NCBI GenBank assembly: GCA_010405405.1
Contig: MU004231.1
Location: 2,681,860-2,711,702, forward strand
Reading direction: 5' to 3'
DNA: 29,843 nt
Source of the DNA: Microthyrium microscopicum
Taxonomy: Eukaryota
Positions 1-11,448 of the stretch are shown piece by piece (position 1 is the stretch's first letter; every line of letters begins with the position of its first letter). Made by a program: the position numbers and the translations under genes. The notes below the pieces were generated by a model. That model was not told the DNA's origin. It saw only the letters and a program-made list of their open reading frames with translations, and did no database searches.

Positions 1-1486
1 GTTATTATATCCTTATTTTTTCTATAACCTAAGGAAGTTATTATAAAGCTTCTAAGAATAGTATTAACTTAATTTAATTATCTAAAACTTCTTAAAAGTA
101 ATATATTCTTACTTTATAAAGTAGCCTAAATAGCCTAGTATGTAGTTTTAGACTACTTACTATATCTTTTAGAATCTTAAGTCTTAAGACTTCTTATAAA
201 GGATAAGATTATTTAATCCTATTTATAATAGCTCTTTCTTAAGCTAATTATATCTATAAATATACTAGTAGAATTATTAATTATAGGTACTCTTCTAATA
301 AAAGGGTTTAATAAACTTCTATTTAATATTATTAACTTAGAATATATATTCTTAGAGACTCTTCCTCTTATAAGGCTTTATTTTAGGCTTATCTTAGTTT
401 AAAGGTCCTAAGAGGGTAAAAGCTTAGCTTAAAAGATACTAATTAAGTCTTATTACGTTAACTTAGCTAAAGTTCTTTAACTCTTAGGTAGTTTTAAGCT
501 TACTAAACTAAATTGCCCTAGTTTTTACTATTAGCTCTTATACTTTAAGCTCTAGCTTCTTTTTATTAATAAACGTATTAAGTTTCTTTTTATAACGTAT
601 TATAAAGTTATTTTAAGTCTTTTTAGGCCTAAGTAGGTTAGGGTTAGCTAGTTTAATATTAAATAGATCTAATAGACTTCTAAATATATTAATTTAGGAT
701 ATAATAAGTACTAGTAACTCTTAGCCTAATAATTAAGGCTACCTAAGTTCTATCTAGGCGTTAAGGTCTAAATATCTATTATTAGATATAGTTTCTAATT
801 AAATAAAAGATAAAAATAATTTCTTTAAGTACTTAAGGGTTAAGAAGTAATTACTATATTAGAAATAGGTTATTCTAAGTAGGTAAAGACTATAATTATT
901 ATAGTTTAAGTAGATATATAAAAATAGAGATAAGAGTAATTACTAGGAAGTTACTTAGATCTCTATAATTCTTCTTCTTTATTACCTAGAGCTATAAGGA
1001 CTTTATTAAGCTATTTATATTTATAATAGGTCGTTATTAGTTAATCTAACTAATAACGCTTTATTCTACATAGATATATCCTATTAGTAGTTATCTTAAA
1101 CTAGAGGTTTCCTAGTTCCTAACAGGCGTTTTATATCTTCTACCCTTACTAACTCTATAAAACCTTAACGGATTTAGCTAGTTCTTTTAAAATACCTATG
1201 AAACCTATAATTTATACGTATAGGCGATATGGTAATAGCTACATTAGGCTAGATAGCTAGTAATCTATAAGGGAAGGTTAGACTTAGAGAATCTTATTGT
1301 TAGTTTTAATGTTCCTTGCTAAGCTAAGATCCCTATTAACTCCTACTAAAATTTGGCTCCCATCTAAGTAGTCCTAGCAGTCCTGGCAGTAAAGTACAAT
1401 CCGATAAGATTAGAGATAGACTAACGTCCAACGGTCCTAGTAGGGTCCTAGTAGGACTGCTAGCTAACCTAAACTTTTACCGATGT
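1..1486 (-). mobile_element. Unidentified RIP-mutated element; its right terminus interrupts the Helitron Rep frame
   Basis: Segment ~1180-1486 is less mutated (retains TG/CA, GG/CC), has repeated GTCCTAG(C/T)AG units, and ends where Helitron-like codons begin (~1500). A degenerate minus-strand frame seems to run from ~1150 to the window start but no family motif was recognised. Confidence 0.45.
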
Positions 1487-1499
1487 AGTTTAGTTAAAA

Positions 1500-4400
1500 T
1501 TTTAACTTTAGTTTAAACTATAAGTAAAAGGTCTTATTCTTTACTATAGAGGCAAATTTATTTATTATCCTATTTTTTTCTTCTTAATTTTTAATACTAT
1601 CTAAAAAGATTTAGTTAATACTATTACTTTTTAGAAGTTATCCTTATTAAGCCTATAAAAAATTAAAAATATTTTTTAAGATTTAATACTAGAATAACTT
1701 AAAGTAGTAAAGACTAAACTTATAGACTTATATATTATTAGTAATTTAACTATTTTATTATTACTTTAAGAAGTATTAAGTTATTTTAATAAATAACTAT
1801 TATCTAATAAAAGTTATATTTATATATATAAATAAATTAAAGTAATCTATATAAAAAATAATTTTCTAGGCATCTAGTTTACTATTAACCTAAATAATAT
1901 TAATAATATTATAAAATTATAGCTAGTAATATTCTAAGATTAAATATTATAATAAGTAAATAAATTTATAAAGAAATTAGAGACTAGTATAGAATAATTC
2001 TAAATTCGTATAAATATATAATATATACTAAACTTAGTTATATTTATATAATTTTTTTAAAAAGAAATAGAGCTCTTCTTTAAGTATTTTATTAAGATTA
2101 AGGATAATTTAGTTTTTAGTTATATTAATTACTATTTCTTAGTAATAAAAACTAATAAATAAGGATCTCTTTATACGTATAGCTTTATATAGTTTAAAAG
2201 TAACCTTTATTTTCTATTATTAGTAGAAACTTTATAGAATATAAATAATATAGATTTTAAAGATAAGTTTATTTAGTTTATTAATAAGTTAATATCTAAA
2301 TTAGTTATTCTAAGTATAGTAATAGCCTTAAAACGTATCCTAATAAATTTATTTAGAGACTAAAGGAAAGTTAATAAGTTTATTATAAACCTAAGTTACT
2401 TATCTATGTAATTTAAATTAGAAGTAAATCTATAGGCTAATAGTATCTAGATATATAAGTATATAAAAACTTATATAAAATATACTTCTAAAGCTATTAT
2501 ACTAGAAGTAGTTAGGACTAAATAGTAACTTTATAAATTCTATTTTTTTTAGCTATTATATAAGAATATAATAATTAAAGATAAAGTACTAAAAGTTATA
2601 TAAAATAATAATAGAGTAAATAAATATAATCTATTAATAACTATTAGCCTTTACTATAATATAAATATATTATTTATCTTATTTAAAGGTTATAGGCTAT
2701 TAATATTATTTTATATAATAAATTATACTACTAAAACTATAATACTAACTTAGAAGTACGTAGTAGTTATATAGGAAATATATATACTTATTAAAGAAGA
2801 AAGAAAAATAATTAAAAATAGGAAGATAACCTTATAGATAGTAAGATATATAATAATAAAGAGAGTAGTTACTACTAACTATATTATAGAGTTATCTAAC
2901 TTCTATTTACTTTCTTTAAAAAGTTATAAATTAGCTTACTATAGATTATTTAGTTTTATTTATAAAAGTTTATAACTTTCTTCTTAGTTATAGAATATAT
3001 TTTTTAAGCGTAGAAAATATAACTTAGTAATATATCTTACTTAACTTAGTACTCTATTAGAAAATTTATTATAAAAGTACTTTATTTATAGAATAAATAT
3101 ACTTAAAAATAAATATAAAACCTTAAGTTAATTTAAGTATTAGTATTAGAAAGATTAGTAAAATCTTACCTCTATTAATTATCTATAAAAACTATAGTCT
3201 AATATTTATAGTGCTAAATCTTTATAATTATACTATACGTATTAAGGTTATTAAGAAGAAGAAAAATAGGCCTATAATAATTAAAGATATTAATTTTTTA
3301 CTAAAGTTTATAATAGGATAAGAATAAACGTAAAGAATAATTCTATTTATAAAACTTTAAATTATTATCTTAAATAGTATTATATTCTATTTACTTAATA
3401 AACTATAAAATAATAAATATTACTAGAAGTATATTTAACTTCTTAATAATATTAAAGAAAAGCTAATAACTATATAGAAATATAACTCTTTATTTAGTAT
3501 TATTTATACTATAGAAAAAGTTTTTAGTCTTTAATCTCTTAGAGCTAAATATCGTTTAGATAAGTAAAAAGGAATTACTAAGTCTAAGAGTCACCTTTTA
3601 TATAGAAAATATTAAGAATCTTAGGAAAGCTAAGGAAGCTACTATAATAAACTATAACCTTTAGAAAGTATAAATAAATAATAATAGCATAAATTCTAGC
3701 TCTAAGAATTATAGTATATATAGTAATAAAGTCTTAAATATTCTTAACATTAATAATATTATAATTTTAAGTATTATAGTAATTTAAAACTAGCTATTAT
3801 AGTCTTTATAACTAAGAAACTTAGAAGCTAATTTCTTTACTATTTATAGTTTTATAGGTAAGCTTAATTCTACTATAGATAACCTTTATATATCTTTTAG
3901 TAGTATAGATATTATATAATATATAAGAAAGTTCTATAATAAAGTAGATCTTAATACTACTAGATTAGCTAAGACTATATTAGATAGAATAAAATTATTA
4001 AAAAGAGTATAGAATAAACTAAACTAAAGCGTTATTATATAAAATAATAAAGAAGGAATTAAAGATACTATTTAAAATTAACTTATTACTTATTTATTTA
4101 GACCTCTAAGTTCTTTAAGACTATAAAATATAATATTAAAGTTATATATAAACTTTTTTAATAATTATCTTAACGCGTTAATTAATAGCTATAAAAGATA
4201 AGGTCTTAATAAATTATAAAGCTAAGCTATAATAACTATCTTTTCTTTTTTATATTAGTACTAAATAAAAAAAATTAAGATTAAGGATTTATATAAATAA
4301 CTTTTTATATATATTAGTAGTACTAGTAAAATAAAAAAATTATAAGTTATTAATGCTATCTAAGATATTTTTAATAAGTTAAAGCTTTAAGAAGAAATAA

Positions 4401-5820
4401 TAATTACTACTTCTACTAGAAGTATAGTAGCTAATATTTAAAATTTAACTATTTATTTAGTATTAGGTCTTTTATTTAGAGATACTAGTAATATATTAAC
4501 GCAATATAACTAAGAAAATAAGCTAAGTAAATAAATAAATACTATTTCTATTACTTAATTAGCTAAAAAATAAGTATAGGAGAAACGTAAACTTCTTATT
4601 ATTAATAAGATTAGTATAATTAGTAAAAAAACTTTTTAAAGTATTAACTTAAAATACTACTTACTAGGTAAGAAGCATATTTTATTTAGAGAGATTTCTA
4701 TTATACTTCTCTATAGTAATTTCTATTAATTTTTACTAGTTAGTTCTATAAGTATAATGTAGATAAGTAGTAATAGTTAAGTAGTAGAATAAAACTAAAA
4801 AGTATAACTATTTTATTAATTTAATAACGTTATTATACTTATAAAATAAGTTTATATATAAAATTATTAAATACTCTTAGGAATACTTAAAAGGCTATAA
4901 AATAAGCAATAAATAGACGTAGACTATAATCTTCTCTTAGAAAAGATAAAATATTCTTAAAATTAAGACTTTATAACTAAACTTCGTATAATTATAGTAA
5001 TAAATAAACTAAAAGTAATTTTTAATATTAAAGTAGCTATTTAATACTTAGAGAAATATTAGCTTCTTTTTTTAATTTTCTTCTTAACGTATACGTAGAA
5101 AGATATTTCTAATTTAGAAACCTAAGTACTAATTACTTATAACTTAATAAATACTACTATTAAAAAATATCTTAATAAGACTAGTATTAAAGTCTTACTA
5201 TACTTTATATTTATACTAAATATCTCTATTATAACTATAAATAATATTAATATTAGCTTAATATTTATAAATAGAGCGTAATTTATAACTATTATAATTA
5301 TTCTAGATAAGAGTTATTTAAGATATCTAATTTCTAAGCTTATTATAATATATTTTAGTCTACCTATAGCGCTAGTTATAAAATCTAAAGATACTAAGAA
5401 CCTATAGGTTAGACTTCTTTTGCTAGGAATTATTATAATAATACTAGAATCTACTATTTTTATAATAAAGGATAATATTAAATATATAAGGAGAAAACTA
5501 CTATATATTTCTTTATTTAGCATAATAGTATATAAAGCTTAAGGGTATATATTTTTATAAACCTTTATTAATTTACTATATAGTAAGAATTTATAAGGAA
5601 ATATAGTAAGATATAAATCTTCTATTCTTAGGACTAAGAAGTCTAAATTACCTAGATTTTATAGTTTTTATATCTAGCTATCTTAAGCTATAAGTTAGGA
5701 AGATATATAGATTTCTAACTTATTAAGTTAAGAGGCATTTAAAAATTATAAAATACTTAGGTTAGTATTATAAAATATTTAACTTTTAAATAACTATTTA
5801 ATTTAGACTTTAAAGGAATT
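1500..5820 (+). mobile_element. Helitron Rep/helicase pseudogene (HUH endonuclease + PIF1 helicase), RIP-inactivated
   Basis: De-RIPped by eye, one frame gives HGGKFARHP (~1545-1571), GIWFTINPND (1869-1898), VETNERGSLHAHGFVW (HUH motif, 2145-2192) and FYxTNYATK (2709-2735). A second frame gives Walker A GGAGGTGKS (4316-4342), TASTGSAAANI (~4403-4437), Walker B LLIIDEISM (4592-4618), PFGG...GDFYQFPPV (4682-4741), TVYKAQG (~5525-5545) and YVQLSRA (5669-5689). Order matches Helitron RepHel proteins. Confidence 0.9.
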
Positions 5821-6387
5821 TATTAAAAAATGCTCCTAGTCTAAATATAGAGTACTTTATAAATAGTATTACTAATACTAAACAAAATTAAAAGATAATA
5901 TTTAACGTTATAGTAAGAAGATACTTAAAGAGATAAAAAATATAGAATATAAGTTATTATTTACTACTTCTTTTATATTTATGCTTAGGCTAGTTATTAA
6001 TTATCTTTAGTTAATCTATTCTATTCTCTTCTATTACTTATCCTTATTATTTTTATTCTTATTCTTATTTCTTTTTATATTATAAAGTATAGTTCCTTTT
6101 ATTATATTTTATACGCGCTAGGTTCTAAGAGTCTTAGAAGTTACTTATAAACTATAACTTATATTATTTAATATACTAATAGACTTTAAAGGTCTTAGTT
6201 TTTTTAAAGTCTATAAAGAAATTAGTAAATTAAGTTATTTATAAGGATTAAGACTTCTAAAAGACTAAGATTATTATATAGACTAAGTAATAATAAAAGA
6301 ATTTATATAAGTTATTATAGATTAAGGAGATAAAATAAAAGAATTAGTTCTAATAAGGCTTAAGGCTATATCTTAGAAATATTAAGC

Positions 6388-6490
6388 TAAATTAGTACTA
6401 GTAAAACTTAGTACTATACTTTAAACGTAATAAAGTAAATTAGTACTAGTAAGACTTAATACTATACTTTAAACGCAATAAGGTAAATTA
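6388..6490 (+). repeat. 48-bp tandem duplication (2 copies plus a partial)
   Basis: 6388-6435 and 6436-6483 differ at only 4 positions, all transitions; unit length is a multiple of 3. Confidence 0.9.
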
Positions 6491-9400
6491 CTTCTTAGTA
6501 TTACTAATAAATAAATATTACTAGACGTTAGAGCGTTACTATAGCTACTATAAGGGAAGCTATCTATAGTTAAGTTAATAATAGTAATTTAAGAACCTTA
6601 ATAAGAACCTAAAGTTTAGTTATTTTATAAGTTAAGTAAAGGTAGAATATAATAGTAAGTAGTAATAGAGCTAAGAAAGTTTAAAGAATTAGTATTTTTA
6701 GTAATATTAGTATTTTTTACTATACTATATTAAGTAGATAAAAATAAATCTCTTATTAAGTCTAAGACCTCTATATATCTAGTACTAGAATTAGTAGAAT
6801 ACTATTTTAAAGCTATTATTTTACTTTATAGTAGGTAAAATTTTAGTAAAGAATTATAGAATAAAAGAAAGAAGAAAAGAAGAAGTTTAGAGAATAAATA
6901 TTAGAATAAGCTATAGCGTCCTTAGGCTTCTATATTTTTAAAGTAATCTCTCTTCCTATATTAGTACTATTAATATAACTAATAACTATTTATAAATAGC
7001 CTCTAAAATATACTTACTATAATAAGAAAGAAGTATAACTAACCTAATACCTAAGATTTAAAAGTATAAAATAATCTAATTAATAAATTAGAAAGTTTAG
7101 CTTTATACGTAAAAATTAATAGCGCTAGCTCTTAACTTTATCTAATTAAAAAAACTTTAATAATTAGCCTTATAACTATTTACGTACTTATTAAGCGCTA
7201 AAGCTTCTACTATAATAAACTAATTATAATTTCTACGCTTAATAACTCTTACTAATAATTTATTTATACTTTACTAAATATAGATATTTTAGTAGAGTAC
7301 TTACCTTTTTAAAGTAAATTTAATAGATAAAATATTAAATAATATTACTTACTTATAATTATATAATAATAAGCTAGTTATAGCTTCTAACTACGTAATC
7401 TTATAATTAGAACTTAGTATTATACCTTTCTTTCTAATTTTTTAAGCTTCTATCTATAATAACCTACTTTTATAGAGACCTAAAGTAATATCTAAGCTTT
7501 TAGTTATTTTACTTCTTTACTACTTCTATAAATTTAAATATCTTACTACTCTTCTTTCCTTCTTCTTCTTCTTCTTTAACTTTAATCTATATATCTTATA
7601 TAGCCTACTATTATTAAGATTATATACTTTCTACTACCTCTCTAAGTTCCTTAGCTATTCTTAACTTTAATTCTTTACTTAATAATCTACTAATTTACCT
7701 TACTATAAGTACTAATTACGTTTTTTTTTAGTAAACTAATACTAATATTCTAATAAGTAATATAGCGCTATTATTTATACTAACTTCTTAAGGTAGTATT
7801 TCTATACTAGCTACTAAAGCTAGTCTTATAGATTAGATGCCTAGCTAACTCTTTATTTATAACTTTACTATCTATTCTACTACTAGCGCTAGTATTAAAG
7901 AAGTTATTATTTTACTTAATTAACTATTTTAGTTTCTCTATACTTCTATTATATATGCTTCTTACTTAAAGAAAGATACTATATAATTAAAGTACTCTCT
8001 AGATAACTTTCTTATAAATTTTTCTTCTAGTATTGCCTTAATCTATATTATTATTAAATCTATATATAAAGCTATTATAGATAGCTATCTCCTTTTTTAT
8101 AGTAAAGCTCTTTATAGCCTTTAGGTTATTACTTAAGCTATATTAGATACTCTAGTTAGTACTATCTTTAGTATAAGTAAAATAAATTTTATAAGTATTA
8201 TATAACTAAATTTTTTTGCTAATAATTTAATAGAACTATAACTACGCTATAATAAACTTCTTTACTTATAAGTACTTCTTTATTACTATATACTAAGATA
8301 ATATTAATAAAAATAAGTACTTAGGATATACTAATACTATTTTTAATAATAAAGTTCTCTATTACTCTAGCTAAATAACTATTATTAGTAGTAACTTACC
8401 TTATAGTAATTCTAAGGAGGACTTTATTAAAATTAATTAATTTCTTTTATAGGTTCTCTTATTTAAATTAATAAGAAATATTACTAGAATAAGTTATTAG
8501 TTATCTAAATAAATTATATCTAAGCCTTTTGCCTATAAGCTTTAAGCTCTAAGTTCTTTTCTTTATAGAAAATTAATAAATTCCTTTACTATAAATATTA
8601 TATCTACTTTATATACTTTATAACTTTCTATAAATTTAATTTGCTTATTAGTAATATAAAAATCTTATATTCTTACTTAGAAAGTATATAAGTTAAAAAA
8701 AAGGTAATTACTATAATACTACTTAAAAATATAGCTATACTATAAAATAGTATACTTATAGTTTATAAAGAATAAAACCCTACTTATAGCTATTAGTAGT
8801 AAAATATTATAGATAAGTAAAATAAGCTATAATATATTTAGCGTAACTATAACGTATTGTAATTATTATAACTATTTAGAATACAAAACTACGTAATTAA
8901 AGAGTTAATTTATCCTAAAAGCCTACCTATTTCTACTCTCTATAATAATACTAGAGAAATAAATCTATAAATAAATATACTATAAATTACGTTTAGTTAT
9001 TAATATAATCTATATTTTATACTAAAAAGTTAAAGTATTAAAATATATAATTAAAATAGGAAGGATTATATAAAAATAAAGAGGAAAAAGTAAATAGGAT
9101 AATACGTTTATTATTAGTATAACTATTTATAGCGTAAACTCTTAATATTATGACTTCTATAAAAATATAGAAAGTTAATAAATATATATACGTTTACTAT
9201 AGATAGAAGCTTAAACTACTAAGGAGTAGTAATAAATTACTTACTTACTAGTTACTAATTTACTCTTTGCTTATAATAATAAAAAAATACTTTATAAATA
9301 CTTCTTTACTAACTATAACTTATACTCTTCTACTATTATTAATATATAAAGTAGTCTATTAAGACTATTAGCCCTTACTAATAGCTTCTCTAAAGCTAAC

Positions 9401-10728
9401 GTTACTATAAAATAGTAAACTACTATACTATATAAATTAGGCTAGTAGAAAGGAAAAGAAGTCTAATAATATATACTAATATAGAAGAATATTAATCCTA
9501 TTTCTTAAGATTAATAAAATTATTATATAAGTCTATATTAGCTAGTGCCTTAAAAATTTATAAGTTTAATAATACGTAATAAAATTAGTAAGTATATCTA
9601 ACCTTAAATAATAGAAGGTTAAAATATTATAATAGTTTAAAATATATTCTTAGAGTAAAATATTTCTAATTACTTACTAATATATTTACTTTTACGTAAA
9701 TAAGATAGCTATATTTAATAAGTAAAGATAAGTAGTTTTTATAAGTTACTAGGTATTTTACTTTCTTTTCTTATACTATATATAATAATATTTTATAAAA
9801 TAGCTAATATTACTATATTTTTAGAACTTACTAAAATATAGAGAATTAAGCCTTAAATAGATTCTTTTATATAAAAACTTACTATATTAGAGCTTTTCTA
9901 TAAGATTTGCTACTAAATCTTTTATAACTAAACTATTATTTAATATTTTTCTAAGAGAGATATAAAAAGATACGCTAGTAAGTAAGAGCTTTATTTATAA
10001 TACTAGGTATATAACTAATATAGTAATAGATTTATAAAGAAAATAAAAGTAATAACTCTTTACTTAATTAATCTAAGTAATTATTTTAACTATATATTAG
10101 ATACTACTACTTATATATTTCTATTAAAGTCTCTATATACTAATATCTAATAGTAGAATTATTAAAAATACGTACTTATAATATAAATATATATAATCTT
10201 AGATATTATTTATTAGATATTAAAAAGTTAGGAAGACTAGTTAACCTTTATATAGAGCTAGCTTTAATACTATAATACTAAGATATAAAAGATAGTAATA
10301 GTATAGATAATAATAAGGTAGAAGAAGAGAAAAAGGAAACTAATAATAACTTTAATAATTAATATTAGTAATTAGTAGTAGAAATATATAATAGTAATAA
10401 AATAGTTAATATAATTAAGATAGTTAATAATAATTAATATCTTTAGTAAGTTAAACCTTAATTAATAGCTTATAGCTTAAAAGGGACTAAAGGATTAAGA
10501 TAGTAAAACTAATTAAAGGTCTTACTTTAGGAATTAATTAGAAAGACGAAAGAATAATTAATTAAAGTATAACGTAGGGCAAATCCATTTCTAGGTAGAA
10601 AACTTACTAACCTCCCTTTTTCCTTTTTTTACTAATACTATCCCTTCCAAACCTATAGAGGTTCTTCCAGGCATATGAACGCGAACAACAACGCAAGGGA
10701 TTGTCTCTTTCAACCTAGCTCCGGGTAG

Positions 10729-11153
10729 TGCCAAGACCCCAGCGCAGCTTAACGTCTGTTTAGCGTCTCCATGTGGCCACTTTGATTGGCTGGACTCGGC
10801 AGTTTTTCCGCATTTTCCGCAACTTTGCGAAGGTGGCCAATCAGCAGCATCATCTTTAGCTCTAGTGATCGTCCACAGTGCATCATGAAGCAACGAGCGA
10901 TACTGGGTGCCATCCCTGAATAAATCAATTTACACTAGATGGTTGATCTCAGAACGCCACTACAACTTGGAAGACTGTTTTCAATCGAGTGTATGACTTC
11001 TGATTGAACGTCTTGAGATCTGCACCAAGAATGGACGTAAAAACACCAATTATATCTATCTCAAGGTTCTGTTGAACAGAAAAAGACACCCTAAAGATCC
11101 GCGTTCTAGCTTCCACATATTGAATGTTATAGGGATGACACCAACTTGCCAAG
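10729..11153 (+). promoter_or_regulatory. Candidate regulatory motifs upstream of the ABC transporter (2 PacC-type GCCAAG, tandem TTTTCCGCA, inverted CCAAT pair)
   Basis: TGCCAAGA at 10729-10736 and TGCCAAG at 11147-11153; TTTTCCGCA twice at 10804-10821; TGATTGGC 10783-10790 and GCCAATCA 10836-10843. Short motifs that could occur by chance. Confidence 0.3.
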
Positions 11154-11448
11154 TAGGACATCTCGATAGCGACTTACAGTAAATCAGCATACTCGATTGC
11201 ATGCAGCCTTGTGAGCCTGAAAGAGGTGTGTGCAGAATGTTCTGACTGGTCAGCTCCGGATGCCGAATCGCAGTTTTGAGGAGCTCGTTAGGGACAGCAG
11301 AACAACAACAGGAGACGCAAACTTGCAATTGTATGCTTTAAATAATCCGTGCCAGCCTTCGGTGGGCTCTTGATGCCATATTCCATACACTTTTGTAGTA
11401 TAACTACCTAATCTATAACACCACAAGAGCACGATCAATTTGCTCAAA

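Larger units (their letters stand above)
1..10600. repeat. RIP-degenerated AT-rich transposon block (left)
   Basis: Extremely AT-rich; CA/TG dinucleotides almost absent while TA is abundant and some CG survives; stops in all frames; transition to normal composition at ~10.6-10.7 kb. Matches established CpA>TpA RIP signature. Confidence 0.95.

Noticed and set aside
5314..5523. 69-aa minus-strand ORF in the AT block
   Set aside because: Chance antisense frame over the RIP-mutated PIF1 region; I/L/S-biased composition.
1..10600. Starship captain (DUF3435 tyrosine recombinase) or DDE transposase in the left block
   Set aside because: No supporting motifs recognised by eye; cannot be excluded without deRIP plus an HMM search.
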